Assembly (NCBI GenBank): GCA_017458625.1
Contig: JAFTAH010000164.1
Coordinates: 37,883-101,882, forward strand
Source of the DNA: Kiritimatiellia bacterium
GTDB taxonomy: Bacteria > Verrucomicrobiota > Kiritimatiellia > CAIQIC01 > Lenti-01
Length of the DNA: 64,000 nt
Direction of reading: 5' to 3'
Shown here: positions 37,569 to 48,198 of the stretch, in pieces
How positions within the stretch are numbered: the first letter of the stretch is position 1
Layout: each line of letters opens with the position of its first letter
Position numbers and translations under genes: made by a program
Notes under the pieces: generated by a model
The model's input: the letters and a program-made list of their open reading frames with translations, nothing else
Databases searched by the model: none
Told to the model about the DNA's origin: nothing

Positions 37569-37967
37569 ATGCCGCACGCCACGCCGTCTGACCGCATCCT
37601 CCTGTTCGACCTCCGCGTCGACTGCATCCTGGGCTGCTACCCCGCCGAGCGCACCACGCCCCGCCCCGTCCTCTTCCAGGTCGCCCTCGACCTCGACACC
37701 CGCCCCGCCGCCGCCACCGACGCCCTCCCCGACGCCCTCAACTACGAGCTCGTCGAGTCGGCACTCCGCCGCCTGGCCGCCGACGGCCGCTTCCACCTCC
37801 TCGAAACCCTCGCCAACCGCGCGGCCGATGCCATGCTGGCCCTTTCCCCGGCCATTCGCGCGGTCACGCTGCGGGCCGAGAAGCCCGGTGCCCTCCCCCA
37901 CACGCGCTCCGTGGCCGTCGAAGTGGTTCGCCTGGCTGCCGGTCCTGCTTCCCCCCCCGCCTCGTAA
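37569..37967 (+). CDS. folB: Dihydroneopterin aldolase
   Basis: DRILLFDL..ILGCYPAER, DALNYE, LLETLA, EKPGA. Confidence 0.9.
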   Translation: MPHATPSDRILLFDLRVDCILGCYPAERTTPRPVLFQVALDLDTRPAAATDALPDALNYELVESALRRLAADGRFHLLETLANRAADAMLALSPAIRAVTLRAEKPGALPHTRSVAVEVVRLAAGPASPPAS

Positions 37968-37988
37968 CCCCATCAGGAGCCCTCCCCC

Positions 37989-39296
37989 ATGACGACATCC
38001 GCCCCCGCCGCCCCTCTCGCCTTCCGCTACCACCCCATTGCCTCCTCCCTGCATGTCGCCGAGGAGCTCGCCGCCTATCTCGCCCCCTACGAGGAGGCCC
38101 TCCGCGCCGCCGGCGGCTCCCCCATCCCTCCCCCCGCCCCCGCCCCCGACCCCACGTCCGCCGCGCCTCTTGTCGCCTTCATCCAGACCGGCGGCACCGA
38201 GCAGGCCGCGCGTGCCCTGCTGGCGCAGACCGATGCCCACGTCCCCTTCCTCCTCCTCGCCCATCCCGCCCACAACTCCCTCCCCGCCGCCCTTGAGATT
38301 CTGGCCCGCTGCCGCCAGCTCCGCCGCCACGCCAACCTCTTCTACCTCCGCTCCCCGGACGATCCCGCCCCCCTCGCCGCCGTCGCCGACGCCTTCCGCG
38401 CCGCCACCGCCGCCGCCCGCCTCCGCTCCGCCCGTATCGGCCGCTTCGGAGCCTCCTCCGACTGGCTTATCGCCTCCTCCCACGACCCCTCCACCGTCGC
38501 CGCTCGCTTCGGCTGCACGCTCCTGCCCATCTCGATCGACGACCTCCGCGCCGCCATCCGCGACACCCCCCTGCCTGTCATCCCGCCCCCCGGCGACCCC
38601 GCCGCCGCCGACCATCCGGATGCCGCCCTCTACGCCCGCGCCACCACCGCACAGGACGTCTCCCCGGCCACCTTTGCCGCCTCCCTGCGCTTCGCCCGCG
38701 CCCTCCGCACCCTGGCCGAAGACCTCCGCCTCGATGCCCTGACCGTCCGTTGCTTCGACCTCCTCTCCGGTGGCTTTACCGGCTGCCTCGCCCTGGCCCT
38801 TCTCGCCGATGAAGGCATCCCCGCCGCCTGCGAGGGCGACATCCCCTCGACCCTGGCCCTCCTCTGGACCCGCCTGCTCACCGGCCGCCCCGCCTGGATG
38901 GCGAACCCCGCCGACATCGACCCCGCCACCGACACCGCCCTCCTCGCCCACTGCACCACGCCCCTCTCCCTGGCCTGCTCCTACGCCTTCAAGACGCACT
39001 TCGAGTCCGGCATCGGCCTGGCCATCGACGCCACCCTTCCCCCAGGGCCCGCCACGCTCCTGCGCCTTGGCGGCGACGACCTCTCCCTCGCCCAGGCCGC
39101 CGACGTCACCCTCCTGGAATCCCTCCACCGCCCCGGCCTCTGCCGCACGCAGGCCCGCATCGCCCTACCCCCCGGGGCCGCCGCCCGCTGGCTTTCCGCG
39201 CCCCTTGGCAACCACGTCATCCTGGCCCCGGGACACCACTTCGCCCCCACCTTCCTCCGTTCCTTCGCCTACACCCTTCCCCCGCCGCCTCCCTGA
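37989..39296 (+). CDS. L-fucose/L-arabinose isomerase-like protein
   Basis: IQTGGTE, NSLPAALEI, TVRCFDL, ACEGD, WMANP, AHCT, LGNHVI. Confidence 0.75.
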   Translation: MTTSAPAAPLAFRYHPIASSLHVAEELAAYLAPYEEALRAAGGSPIPPPAPAPDPTSAAPLVAFIQTGGTEQAARALLAQTDAHVPFLLLAHPAHNSLPAALEILARCRQLRRHANLFYLRSPDDPAPLAAVADAFRAATAAARLRSARIGRFGASSDWLIASSHDPSTVAARFGCTLLPISIDDLRAAIRDTPLPVIPPPGDPAAADHPDAALYARATTAQDVSPATFAASLRFARALRTLAEDLRLDALTVRCFDLLSGGFTGCLALALLADEGIPAACEGDIPSTLALLWTRLLTGRPAWMANPADIDPATDTALLAHCTTPLSLACSYAFKTHFESGIGLAIDATLPPGPATLLRLGGDDLSLAQAADVTLLESLHRPGLCRTQARIALPPGAAARWLSAPLGNHVILAPGHHFAPTFLRSFAYTLPPPPP

Positions 39297-39305
39297 CATC
39301 CCCCG

Positions 39306-39396
39306 AAAACATGTTTCCATTCCATGGAAAAGTGCCGGAAACACGTTTCCATTGTCTGGAAAAACCCCGGAAACATGCTTCCATTCTCTGGAAAAC
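39306..39396. repeat. Three tandem 32-bp units, each with a TTCCA-N5-TGGAA dyad
   Basis: TTCCA starts at 39315, 39347, 39379; near-identical array at 57228-57318. Confidence 0.85.
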
Positions 39397-39423
39397 GTCC
39401 CTAGCCCCCCTACCCCTCCCGCC

Positions 39424-40629
39424 ATGACTGCCACGCCTCCCCCCGTCCCCTCCTGCGCCCTCCCGCCCGGCCCCATGCCCCTCGACGTCTCCCCCGCCGC
39501 CGAGCCGGCCCGCCCCGGCACTGCCGCCGCCCCGGCAGACCCCGCCGTCCTCCCCGACTGGATGACCGCCCTCCGCGCCTGGGACGCCGCCGGCATTCCT
39601 TCCGCCGAGGCCATCCTCGTCTCCCGCCAGCACTCCTCCCCGCGCTTCCCCGGCGCCCGCCTCGTCGCCAACGCGCGCGGCGACTTTGCTGGCTCCGTCT
39701 CCATGGGCTGCGTCGAGAACGACCTCCGCGCCCACCTCGCCGCGCTCCTCGTCGACCCTGCCCTCCCTCCCCGCATGGTCCGCTACGGTGCCGCCTTCGA
39801 CCCTCTCCTCGAAGTCGGCCTCTCCTGCGGCGGCGAAATCGGCATCTGGCTCCGTCGCCACGACCCCGATGCCCCCGCCTGGCAGGCCCTCCTACATGCC
39901 GAAAACCGCGAAAAGGTCCTCCTCTGGACCCGCCTCGACCCCGCCCCCGACGCCCCCGCCCCCGACCAGGGCCTCTGGCATCCCGGCCTCCCTCCGCCCG
40001 AGCCCGCCGACCCCACCCTCCCCGCCGCGCTCAAGGACGCCTGGGATCGCTCCGACGTCTGCCAGAACCGCCCCACCCGCTTCGGGGCCGCCCCCGGCCC
40101 CTTCCCCCGCTACTTCCTCGAAGTCCGCGCCCCGGCCCCCTTGCTCATCCTAGTCGGCGCCTCCCCCATCGCCGTGGCTCTAGCCCGCTTCGCCCCCGAC
40201 TGCGGCTGGCGCACCATTCTCGTCGACCCGCGCACCGACTACGCCCGCGCCGACCTCTTCCCTCCCGCCGTGCTGGTCGTCCATGAATGGCCCGACGACG
40301 CCATTCCCCGCCTCGTCCCGCCGCCGCCCGCCCCGCGCCCCTACCTCGTCCTCCTCGCCCACGACCAGAAGCTCGACCTCCCGGCCCTCCGCGCCGCCCT
40401 CGCCCTCTCCCCTCCTCCCGCCTACCTCGGCCTCCTTGGCTCCACCCACACCCGCGACTCCCGCTACCGCCTCCTCGCCCAGACCGCCCCTGCCCTCGCC
40501 ACCCCCGAAAAGCTGGCCACCATCCATTCCCCCGTCGGACTCAAGACCCTGGGCGGAGTCGACCCCGCCGAGATTGCCATCTCCATCCTCGCCGAGATGA
40601 TCTCCATCCGCCGCCACCCCGCCCCCTAG
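39424..40629 (+). CDS. xdhC: XdhC/CoxI family molybdoenzyme accessory protein
   Basis: GSVSMGCVE, GLSCGGEI, LVGASPIA, VDPR, AHDQKLD, YLGLLGS, IHSPVGL..PAEIAISILAE. Confidence 0.9.
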   Translation: MTATPPPVPSCALPPGPMPLDVSPAAEPARPGTAAAPADPAVLPDWMTALRAWDAAGIPSAEAILVSRQHSSPRFPGARLVANARGDFAGSVSMGCVENDLRAHLAALLVDPALPPRMVRYGAAFDPLLEVGLSCGGEIGIWLRRHDPDAPAWQALLHAENREKVLLWTRLDPAPDAPAPDQGLWHPGLPPPEPADPTLPAALKDAWDRSDVCQNRPTRFGAAPGPFPRYFLEVRAPAPLLILVGASPIAVALARFAPDCGWRTILVDPRTDYARADLFPPAVLVVHEWPDDAIPRLVPPPPAPRPYLVLLAHDQKLDLPALRAALALSPPPAYLGLLGSTHTRDSRYRLLAQTAPALATPEKLATIHSPVGLKTLGGVDPAEIAISILAEMISIRRHPAP

Positions 40630-40900
40630 AGCAGTTTCAGAAAAAATGTAGCCGCAAGAATGGGGGGTGCGACATCCTGTCGCGCCACAAATACAAATCT
40701 GAAGGCGCGGCTGGAAGCCGCACCTCCGGAAGTAGAAATGTGCCTTTTATTGCGGCTTCTTGCCGCGCTGGAAAAAGATGCGCGGCTGGAGTGCGGCTGG
40801 AAGCCGCACCTCCCAGAACGGGCCGCCCGGCGGTGGCCCAGCCTGTCGGGCGTTTTGCCTCTCCCCCCCTCCATCGCCGCAACGGCGAGACGCCGTTGCC
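40626..40900. mobile_element. TAGAGC-ended MITE-like/REP composite (no right TIR seen)
   Basis: CTAGAGCAGTTTC start; GGTGCGACATCCTGTCGCGCCA and GCGCGGCTGGAAGCCGCACCTCC shared (inverted) with 57715-57913; CATCGCCGCAACGGC REP half at 40871-40900. Confidence 0.6.
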
Positions 40901-41034
40901 CCGCCCCCCCCTTCGCCCTCCTCCCCGGCACCCCCAATCACGTGTGATTTTTCGTCAATCATTGGCCTTTTTGCATTTTTTGCCCCGTCCCCCGCCCCTC
41001 CTTCCCGCCCCCTTCCCGCCCACCGTCCGCCCAC

Positions 41035-41068
41035 AAAAAAAGGCGCGGCCACCCGAAGGTAGCCGCGC
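41035..41068 (-). terminator. Rho-independent terminator of fadL
   Basis: Minus strand GCGCGGCTACC-TTCG-GGTGGCCGCGC then C and a T run. Confidence 0.8.
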
Positions 41069-41107
41069 ACCTTGCTCCCGCCATCGGGCGGAAGCATCTC
41101 GCCACGC

Positions 41108-42346
41108 CTAGAACTTGTAACCGACGGAAGCCGAGACCATGTGGGCGTCGCCATCCTGGAACTTGCCGTCCCAGACCCCGTCCTGGAGATGGCCGTGGAC
41201 CTCGCGGTTCTCGATCTTCAGGAACGTGTAGCCGACATCGCAGAAGATGCTGTCGTTGTGCCAGCCGCCGCCGAACGAGATGATGTGGCGGTTGTTCGCC
41301 GGCACCATGTAGTCGACCAGATAGTCCGGATCCGGCGTCTTGTCGTAGACATAGCCTGCACGCACGTCGATGTGGTCGGTCAGCGCATATTCCACACCGG
41401 TCTGCCACCGCCACGTGTCATGCCAGTTCTTCTCCGAGCGCGTCTGCGACGTCTTGCCCAGGACGGCCGGGCTGAAGTTGATGGTCAGCGCGTCATAGCA
41501 CGACCACATCGTGTAGGTCATACCCACGTTGACCTTCAGGCGCTCCGTGGCCTTGATCGACGTGCCCAGACGGACCTCCGCCGGCGACGGGAACGAACCC
41601 GAGGCGCTCCCATCGGTGATCTTCTGCCCGGTCGGCCCCTTCAGCTCATATTCGCCGTCGATGTCGTGCCGGATGCGGCTGTTGAACGAAAGGCCGAACG
41701 ACAGCCAGTTCAGCGCCTTCCAGTACGCTCCGGCGTTGTAGCCCAGCCCCAGATTGTCTCCACTGATGTCGATCGACGCGTCCGGATCCACGTACGGCGT
41801 CCCCGTCGGCACCGCCTTCCGCAGCAGGAAGTCGAAGTACGCCAGCCGCACGCCGGCCGCCAGCGAGAAGTTCGTCGCCACCCGCCACGCCACGGACGGA
41901 TTCGCCTCGAACGAGGTGATCTCGGCGCGCGTCAGGTTGTAGCGCCCGGGCCACGTGTTGGGAAACTTGTCACCCAGGCCGATGCGCGTGTCGAACGCCA
42001 TGCCGGCCCAGATCTTGTTGTTGACCTGGTACGTCATGTAGGCATTGGGAATCGTCCACCACCGGCTCTCGCCATCGGTATAGTGCGATCCGGTGGGCAG
42101 GTCGGTCCGAATGGCCTGCCGCGGCTTGATGGTCGTCATCCCGACTTCCGTCTGCGCGCCCGGCAGTTCCGTCATCGCGGCCGCGTTGTTGTAGATCACC
42201 GACGGCGAAACCGCATCGGCCGTCACTTCCGTGCCCATCGCATTGCCGCGGCTCGACCCTTCGAGAATCCCATACCCGGCCCCCCAGCCCGTGCTGGCCA
42301 GCGCCAGCGTCGTCCCCGCCAAAATCAATCCAAAGCATTTTTTCAT
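41108..42346 (-). CDS. fadL: OmpP1/FadL/TodX outer-membrane long-chain fatty-acid transporter
   Basis: Signal peptide, SRGNAMG..ADA..YNNAAAM, NPSVAWRV, WHDTWRWQTGVEY, C-terminal GYKF. Confidence 0.85.
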   Translation of the reverse strand: MKKCFGLILAGTTLALASTGWGAGYGILEGSSRGNAMGTEVTADAVSPSVIYNNAAAMTELPGAQTEVGMTTIKPRQAIRTDLPTGSHYTDGESRWWTIPNAYMTYQVNNKIWAGMAFDTRIGLGDKFPNTWPGRYNLTRAEITSFEANPSVAWRVATNFSLAAGVRLAYFDFLLRKAVPTGTPYVDPDASIDISGDNLGLGYNAGAYWKALNWLSFGLSFNSRIRHDIDGEYELKGPTGQKITDGSASGSFPSPAEVRLGTSIKATERLKVNVGMTYTMWSCYDALTINFSPAVLGKTSQTRSEKNWHDTWRWQTGVEYALTDHIDVRAGYVYDKTPDPDYLVDYMVPANNRHIISFGGGWHNDSIFCDVGYTFLKIENREVHGHLQDGVWDGKFQDGDAHMVSASVGYKF

Positions 42347-42421
42347 GGAGTCAGCTCCTGTGGTTTTATTGTTGAAGCCCAGACGTGGGGCCAGCCGAGC
42401 TGGTGGCGCGAAGGCGGGCGG

Positions 42422-42450
42422 AGAGTACGCGCCCCCTCCGCCCCTTGCAA
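42422..42450 (-). promoter_or_regulatory. sigma70-type promoter for fadL
   Basis: TTGCAA-17 bp-TACTCT on the minus strand. Confidence 0.5.
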
Positions 42451-42616
42451 GTCAAAACGCCTTCGCTGCCCATTTTTTTGGCTATCCCGCCCCTTCCTCG
42501 CCCTTTCTCGTCCGCCCCGCCATCTGCCCCGAAACAGGCAGATTCCCCTTGTTTTATCCGTAAACTCACAAAGCTTTCCCGGCGCATGCCCGCCTTCCAG
42601 CCCGGCCGGAACTGGC

Positions 42617-43510
42617 TCACAGCCCCCGCAGCAGCGCAATTTCCTTCGCGTAGCCCGCGAGGTCGGGCTGGGGCGTCTCCAGGATGAACGGCAGCGACCG
42701 CAACGCCGGGTGGTGGAGAATCGGCGCGAAGGCCGCCAGCCCCAGCGTGCCGCCTCCGATGACCTCGTGACGGTCCTTGTGGCTCCCCAGCGGATTCTTC
42801 GAGTCGTTGAGATGGATCGCCCGCAGCCGTCCCAGTCCGATGACCCGATCGAACTCCGCCAGCACGTCCTCCAGCGCCGTCTCCACCGGATAGCCCGCAT
42901 CATGCACATGGCACGTGTCCAGCGTCACGAACAGGTTCTCCGGGTGCTTCACCCGGTCGATGATGGCGCGCAGCTGGCCGAATTCGCCGCCGATTTCGCT
43001 ACCCTTTCCGGCCATCGTCTCCAGCAGCACCGGCGTCTCCGGGAACGCCGGCAGCACCTCGTCCAGCAGCCGCACGACATGCCCGAGCCCCACCTCCAGC
43101 CCCTGCCCCACGTGCGAGCCCGGGTGGAAGTTGTAGAGACATCCCGGAATCCCCTGGATGCGCGCCAGGTCGTCCAGGAACGTCTCCAGCGCGAACCGCC
43201 GCGTCGACGCCTTGTCCGAGGCCGGATTCAGCGTGTAGGGTGCATGGGCGACCGGCGCCCCGAAGCCATGCCCCGCCGCCAGCTCCCGATAGGCGGCCAG
43301 GTCCGCCTCGTCCAGCGCCCGGGCCTGTCCCCCGCGCGGATTCCGCGTGAAGAACTGGAACGTGTTGGCATCGATCGAGATCGCATCCCGCGCCAGCGCC
43401 GCGAACCCGTCGGAAATCGAAAGATGCGGCCCGATGTACAGCCGCCCGCCTCCCTCCCCTGCCACCCCGGATGCTTGTGAGTTTACGGTAGTTCCTTCGT
43501 TTTTCTGCAT
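42617..43510 (-). CDS. nfo: Endonuclease IV (AP endonuclease)
   Basis: IGPHLS, QFFTRNPR, HAPYTLN, NFHPGSH, LETMAGKGSEIG, LDTCH, IHLNDSK..HKDRH, ILETP; start uncertain. Confidence 0.95.
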   Translation of the reverse strand: MQKNEGTTVNSQASGVAGEGGGRLYIGPHLSISDGFAALARDAISIDANTFQFFTRNPRGGQARALDEADLAAYRELAAGHGFGAPVAHAPYTLNPASDKASTRRFALETFLDDLARIQGIPGCLYNFHPGSHVGQGLEVGLGHVVRLLDEVLPAFPETPVLLETMAGKGSEIGGEFGQLRAIIDRVKHPENLFVTLDTCHVHDAGYPVETALEDVLAEFDRVIGLGRLRAIHLNDSKNPLGSHKDRHEVIGGGTLGLAAFAPILHHPALRSLPFILETPQPDLAGYAKEIALLRGL

Positions 43511-43538
43511 GTTTTCCACCATAAATACGAACGTTTGT

Positions 43539-44540
43539 TCAGAATACTTCCAGCCGCCGCGCCGGATTGTGCATGTCGGCCTCCAGCAACGCATCCAGCA
43601 CCGCCTGCACCGGCCCCGGCCGCCCCGTCCCGACCGGCCGCCCGTCGAACACCGTGCACGCCGCCACGTTGGGCGTCGTCCCGACCACCAGCAGCTCGCG
43701 GGCCGACCGCGCGTCGTCCGGGGAGAGGTCGCGCCGCTCCACCCCCCGCAGCAGCCTGGCCAACGCCCCCCCGGCCGCCAGCTCCGCCCGCGCCAGCTCC
43801 ATCACGCGGAGCAGCGTCGTGCCTGGCAGCACATGCTCGGGTCCGGGCGCGGCCAGCAGGTCGTCATCGGTCACCACCATCAGCGATTCGGTTGGCAGCT
43901 CGGCCAGATGCCCATCCTCGTCCACGCCGACCATGAAGTCGCACCCGCCGTCGATGGCCTCCTTCTTCATGAGGGCGTTCGGCAGATAGTTGACCGACTT
44001 CACCCGCGCAAAGACCCCGGGCTTGACCGGATAGCGGCTGATGCCCACCCGCGCCCCGCCCGGATGCGTCTCCATGAACGGCGCGCCTGCCGCCTTGGCC
44101 AGCACGTAGAGCTGCGGACCGACCGACTCGTACGGGCTCGCCCCATGTCCCCCCGGCCCCCGCGACACCAGAAGCCGCAGCAGCGCGTCCCGATGTTCCC
44201 CCGCCCGCAGCACCGCCGCGCTCACCTCCGCCAGCTCCTCCCGCGTCCAGGGAATCTTCAGCGCCAGCTCCCGCGCCCCGCCGAACAGCCGGTCGAGATG
44301 CGCCTCGAAGTTGTAGATGCCTCCGTCCAGGCACTTGCACGTCTCGAACAGCCCGTCCCCGCGGTGCACAAGATGGTCGTCCAGCGGCACCACCATCAGC
44401 TCCGGCTCCCGCGTGATGGCGTCGAACACGCTCGAATACATCGCGTAATAGTTCCGCTGATAGTCCGCCAGCGGCCGCGCCCGGCCCCAGGCGGCCAGCC
44501 CGGCCCAGTCCAGATACGGTGGCGAAAGATGTGGTTTCAT
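43539..44540 (-). CDS. Class IV PLP-dependent aminotransferase / ADC-lyase-like
   Basis: DDHLVHRGDGLFET, HLDRL, VKSVNYL, LPGTT. Confidence 0.88.
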   Translation of the reverse strand: MKPHLSPPYLDWAGLAAWGRARPLADYQRNYYAMYSSVFDAITREPELMVVPLDDHLVHRGDGLFETCKCLDGGIYNFEAHLDRLFGGARELALKIPWTREELAEVSAAVLRAGEHRDALLRLLVSRGPGGHGASPYESVGPQLYVLAKAAGAPFMETHPGGARVGISRYPVKPGVFARVKSVNYLPNALMKKEAIDGGCDFMVGVDEDGHLAELPTESLMVVTDDDLLAAPGPEHVLPGTTLLRVMELARAELAAGGALARLLRGVERRDLSPDDARSARELLVVGTTPNVAACTVFDGRPVGTGRPGPVQAVLDALLEADMHNPARRLEVF

Positions 44541-44579
44541 GGTTGCTCCTTGGGAAAACGACTCTGTTCCGTCCCCTAC

Positions 44580-46019
44580 TCACCCCCGTCCCCCCTGGCG
44601 CCGCCGCTCGTGCGACGACGGAATCCGCGCCTGCTCCCGGTACTTGGCGACCGTCCGCCGCGCCACCCGCAGCCCCCGCCGCGCCAAGGCTTTCGCCAGC
44701 GCATCGTCCGAAAGCGGCCGCGCCGGATCCTCCCCGCCCACCAGCCGCCGCAGCTCGTCCTTCACCGCCGCCGGGGCCAGCGCGACCGTCTCCCCTCCGT
44801 CCCCTGCCGCCCGCGTCCCCCCCGCGCTGAAGAAGAACCGCATCGGCTTCACCCCTTGCGGTGTCCGGACATACTTCCCGGCCGTCGCCCGCCCCACCGT
44901 CGTCGCGTGCAGCCCCAACGCCTTGCCGGCCTGCTCCAGCGTCACCGCCCGCAACGCGGCCACCCCCTCGTCCAGAAACGGCCCCTGCGTCTCCGCGATC
45001 AGCTGACCGATCTTCTGCAACGTCGCCCGACGCTGCTCGATCGACCCCATCAAGAACCGCCCCGACCGGATCTTCTCCCGCAGGAACGCCAGCGCCTCCG
45101 CCCCCGTGGCCGGATCCTGCAGCAGCTCCTCGTAGCGCCGGCTGATCCGGAGCCGCGGCACCCCGTCGTCCAGCAACCGTGCCTCGTAGCCGCCCCCCCC
45201 CTCCCGCGCCACGATCTCCACGTCCGGCTGCACCCCCACCGTCCGTTCCGTCGAATACTGCGCGCCCGGCCGCGGATCCAGCGACCGCACCACCGCCTTC
45301 GCTTCCGCCCACCCCTTCGCGTCCAGACCCATCCGCCGTAGCGCTGGCGACAGCTCCCGCGCCCCCAGTTCCGCCAGATGGTCCCGCACCAGCCGCACCG
45401 GCCACGAATCCTCCGCGAGTCCCCGGTCCCGCAGCTGCAACAGCAGACATTCCCCCAGCCCGCGCCCGCCCACCCCGCACGGATCGAGCCCCTGGACCGC
45501 CCGCAGCCCTTCCTCCGCCTCCGCCAGGCCCACCCCGGCCTCCCGCGCCACTTCTGCCAGAGGCACCGGCAGCCATCCGTTCGCGTCCAGATTCCCGATC
45601 ACCTGCATCGCCGCCAGCCGCGCTCCCGGCGTCAGCCGCACCCCGTCCAGTTGTGCCGCCAGATGCTCGTAGAGCGACGGCCGCGCCGCCAGCGAGTCCA
45701 GCTGCCGCTGCCGCCAGTCGTCCTCCGGATCCTCCGGCGCCTCCGGCTCGTCCGCCCCGTCGTCCGACACCTCCCGTGGCGCCAGCCCCCGCTCCAGCTC
45801 CGTCCGCAGCAAGCCGTCTCCGCCGCCGCCCGCCCGCCACTCCCCCTCCGTCTCGCTTTCCAGCGCCGGATTCCGCATCAGCTCCGCCGCCACCTCCCGC
45901 CCCAGCTCCTCCCGCCCCATCTGCAGATGCTTCAGCGCCGTCAGCAGCCGCGGCGCCATCCCCTGGACCTGCCGCTGCTCCTGCCGTCCGCTCAGACTCT
46001 GGATCAATTCGCTTGCCAC
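44580..46019 (-). CDS. rpoN: RNA polymerase sigma-54 factor
   Basis: [41 protein letters not shown], RpoN box [10 protein letters not shown]; GTG start. Confidence 0.92.
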   Translation of the reverse strand: MASELIQSLSGRQEQRQVQGMAPRLLTALKHLQMGREELGREVAAELMRNPALESETEGEWRAGGGGDGLLRTELERGLAPREVSDDGADEPEAPEDPEDDWRQRQLDSLAARPSLYEHLAAQLDGVRLTPGARLAAMQVIGNLDANGWLPVPLAEVAREAGVGLAEAEEGLRAVQGLDPCGVGGRGLGECLLLQLRDRGLAEDSWPVRLVRDHLAELGARELSPALRRMGLDAKGWAEAKAVVRSLDPRPGAQYSTERTVGVQPDVEIVAREGGGGYEARLLDDGVPRLRISRRYEELLQDPATGAEALAFLREKIRSGRFLMGSIEQRRATLQKIGQLIAETQGPFLDEGVAALRAVTLEQAGKALGLHATTVGRATAGKYVRTPQGVKPMRFFFSAGGTRAAGDGGETVALAPAAVKDELRRLVGGEDPARPLSDDALAKALARRGLRVARRTVAKYREQARIPSSHERRRQGGRG

Positions 46020-46028
46020 AACGCCGCC

Positions 46029-46058
46029 ATCCTACCCCCCTCCCCCCGCCCCGTTCAA
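46029..46058 (-). promoter_or_regulatory. sigma70-type promoter for rpoN, near-leaderless
   Basis: TTGAAC-18 bp-TAGGAT; GTG start 9 nt downstream. Confidence 0.4.
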
Positions 46059-46176
46059 GCCCCTGCCGCGTCCCACCCCCGCCTTTTTCTTCGTTTTTGC
46101 TTGCGCCTCCGCCCGAAATGAGCAAGATAACCCCTCCCGCGCACGCATCGTGCGCCTCTTCCGGAAGGAGCCCTCC

Positions 46177-47973
46177 ATGAACTGCAATCACAAGGAACTC
46201 AACGCCTGGGTCGCCGAGATGGCCGCCCTCTGCAAGCCCGACGCCATCCACTGGTGCGATGGTTCCCAGGCCGAATACGACGCCCTCTGCGAAAAGCTGG
46301 TCGCCGCCGGCACCTTCATCCGCCTCAACCCCGAGAAGCGGCCCAACTCCTTCCTCTGCCGCTCCAACCCCGCCGACGTCGCCCGCGTCGAGGACCGCAC
46401 CTTCGTCTGCCCGAAGACCCAGCGCGAAGCCGGCCCCAACAACCATTGGGTCGACCCCGCCGAGATGCGCGCCACCATGACGAAGCTCTACGACGGCTCG
46501 ATGCGCGGCCGCACCATGTACGTCATCCCCTTCAGCATGGGCCCCGTCGGCTCCCCCATCGCCCACATCGGCGTCGAGCTCACCGACTCCGCCTACGTCG
46601 CCGTCCACATGCGCATCATGACCCGCATCGGCCAGCGCGTCCTCGACGTCCTCGGCCCCGACGGCCGCTTCGTCCGCTGCCTCCACTCCGTCGGCGCCCC
46701 CCTCGCCCCCGGCCAGCAGGACGTCCCCTGGCCCTGCAACCCCGAAAACCGCTACATCACCCACTTCCCCGAAGACCTCACCATCTGGTCCTACGGCTCC
46801 GGCTACGGCGGCAACGCCCTCCTCGGCAAGAAGTGCTTCGCCCTCCGCATCGCCTCCACCATGGCCCGCCGCGAAGGCTGGCTCGCCGAGCACATGCTCA
46901 TCCTCGGCCTCACCTCTCCCGAAGGCGTCAAGCGCTACATCTGCGCCGCCTTCCCCTCCGCCTGCGGCAAGACCAACCTGGCCATGCTCACCCCCACCCT
47001 CCCCGGCTGGAAGGCCGAATGCGTCGGCGACGACATCGCCTGGATGAAGTTCGGCCCCGACGGCTACCTCCACGCCATCAACCCCGAGGCCGGCTTCTTC
47101 GGCGTCGCCCCCGGCACCTCCCTCCGCTCCAACCCCAACGCCATGGCCGCCTGCTCCCGCAACACCATCTTCACCAACGTCGCCCTCACCGACGACGGCG
47201 ACGTCTGGTGGGAGGACATGACCGACGAGCCCCCCGCGCACCTCATCGACTGGAAGGGCAACGACTGGACCCCCGACCTTGGCACCAAGGCCGCCCACCC
47301 CAACGCCCGCTACACCGCCCCCGCCTCCCAGTGCCCCACCATCGACCCCGCCTGGGAAAGCCCTGACGGCGTCCCCGTCTCCGCCATCCTCTTCGGCGGC
47401 CGCCGCCCCTCCACCGTCCCCCTCGTCATGGAATCCTTCGACTGGACCCACGGCACCTTCCTCGGCTCCACGCAGGCCTCCGAAACCACCGCCGCCGCCG
47501 CCGGCTCCGTCGGCGTCCTCCGCTTCGACCCCATGGCCATGCTCCCCTTCTGCGGCTACCACTACGCCGACTACTTCCAGCACTGGCTCGACCTCCCCGC
47601 CTCCCATCCCGGCGCCCACATGCCCCGCATCTACTACGTCAACTGGTTCCGCAAGGCCGACGACGGCCGCTTTCTCTGGCCGGGCTTCGGCGACAACGCC
47701 CGCGTCCTCAAATGGATCTTCGGCCGCCTCGACGGCTCCCTTCCCGCCGTCGACTCCCCCGTCGGACGCCTCCCCCGCCGCCAGGACCTCGACACCACCG
47801 GCCTCCACCTCGATGACGAAGACCTCGACGAACTCCTCTCCGTCAACCCCGCCGAATGGCTCAAGGACCTCCCCGCCATGCGCGCACACTACGCCAAGTT
47901 CGCCCCCGAAATGCCCCAGGCCCTTACTGACCAGCTCGACGCCCTCGAGGCCCGCCTCCGCGCCGTCCTCTAG
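46177..47973 (+). CDS. pckG: Phosphoenolpyruvate carboxykinase (GTP)
   Basis: [63 protein letters not shown]. Confidence 0.98.
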   Translation: MNCNHKELNAWVAEMAALCKPDAIHWCDGSQAEYDALCEKLVAAGTFIRLNPEKRPNSFLCRSNPADVARVEDRTFVCPKTQREAGPNNHWVDPAEMRATMTKLYDGSMRGRTMYVIPFSMGPVGSPIAHIGVELTDSAYVAVHMRIMTRIGQRVLDVLGPDGRFVRCLHSVGAPLAPGQQDVPWPCNPENRYITHFPEDLTIWSYGSGYGGNALLGKKCFALRIASTMARREGWLAEHMLILGLTSPEGVKRYICAAFPSACGKTNLAMLTPTLPGWKAECVGDDIAWMKFGPDGYLHAINPEAGFFGVAPGTSLRSNPNAMAACSRNTIFTNVALTDDGDVWWEDMTDEPPAHLIDWKGNDWTPDLGTKAAHPNARYTAPASQCPTIDPAWESPDGVPVSAILFGGRRPSTVPLVMESFDWTHGTFLGSTQASETTAAAAGSVGVLRFDPMAMLPFCGYHYADYFQHWLDLPASHPGAHMPRIYYVNWFRKADDGRFLWPGFGDNARVLKWIFGRLDGSLPAVDSPVGRLPRRQDLDTTGLHLDDEDLDELLSVNPAEWLKDLPAMRAHYAKFAPEMPQALTDQLDALEARLRAVL

Positions 47974-48163
47974 AGCGGTTCCGAATCATCTGTGGCCGTT
48001 TCGGGGGCATTGGCTTGGGCGGGCGGTCGCAGTAAACTGCGCCCCTCCCGCTGCGCCCCAGCGCGGGAGCAACTGTTTTGCGTCCGCCCGATGTGGCAAC
48101 GGCGTCCCCGCCGTTGCCCCGCCCGCCCCCCATCGCCGCAACGGCAAGACGCCGTTGCCACAT
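47970..48163. mobile_element. TAGAGC-ended MITE-like fragment plus REPIN doublet
   Basis: CTAGAGCGGTTCC at 47970; CGGTCGCAGTAAACTGCGCCCCTCCC is the inverse of the REP in the 14233 element; ATGTGGCAACGGC...GCCGTTGCCACAT at 48091-48163. Confidence 0.6.
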
Positions 48164-48198
48164 CCGCCTGCGGGCTTTCCGCCGTCCCTCCCCTCTGC

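Noticed and set aside
39306-39396. 32-bp palindromic repeats as a mini-CRISPR
   Set aside because: Units are directly adjacent with no unique spacers, and there are no cas genes.
40660-40947. Short ORFs across the 40.6-40.9 kb and 57.1-57.9 kb repeat clusters
   Set aside because: They are translations of REP/MITE DNA with no coding signature.
43864-47889. 1341-aa minus-strand ORF and other long shadow ORFs (2881..6405+, 18322..21000-, 35070..36830-, 41072..43480+, 58028..60022+)
   Set aside because: Antisense or off-frame shadows of well-supported genes, caused by high GC and codon bias; no recognisable motifs.
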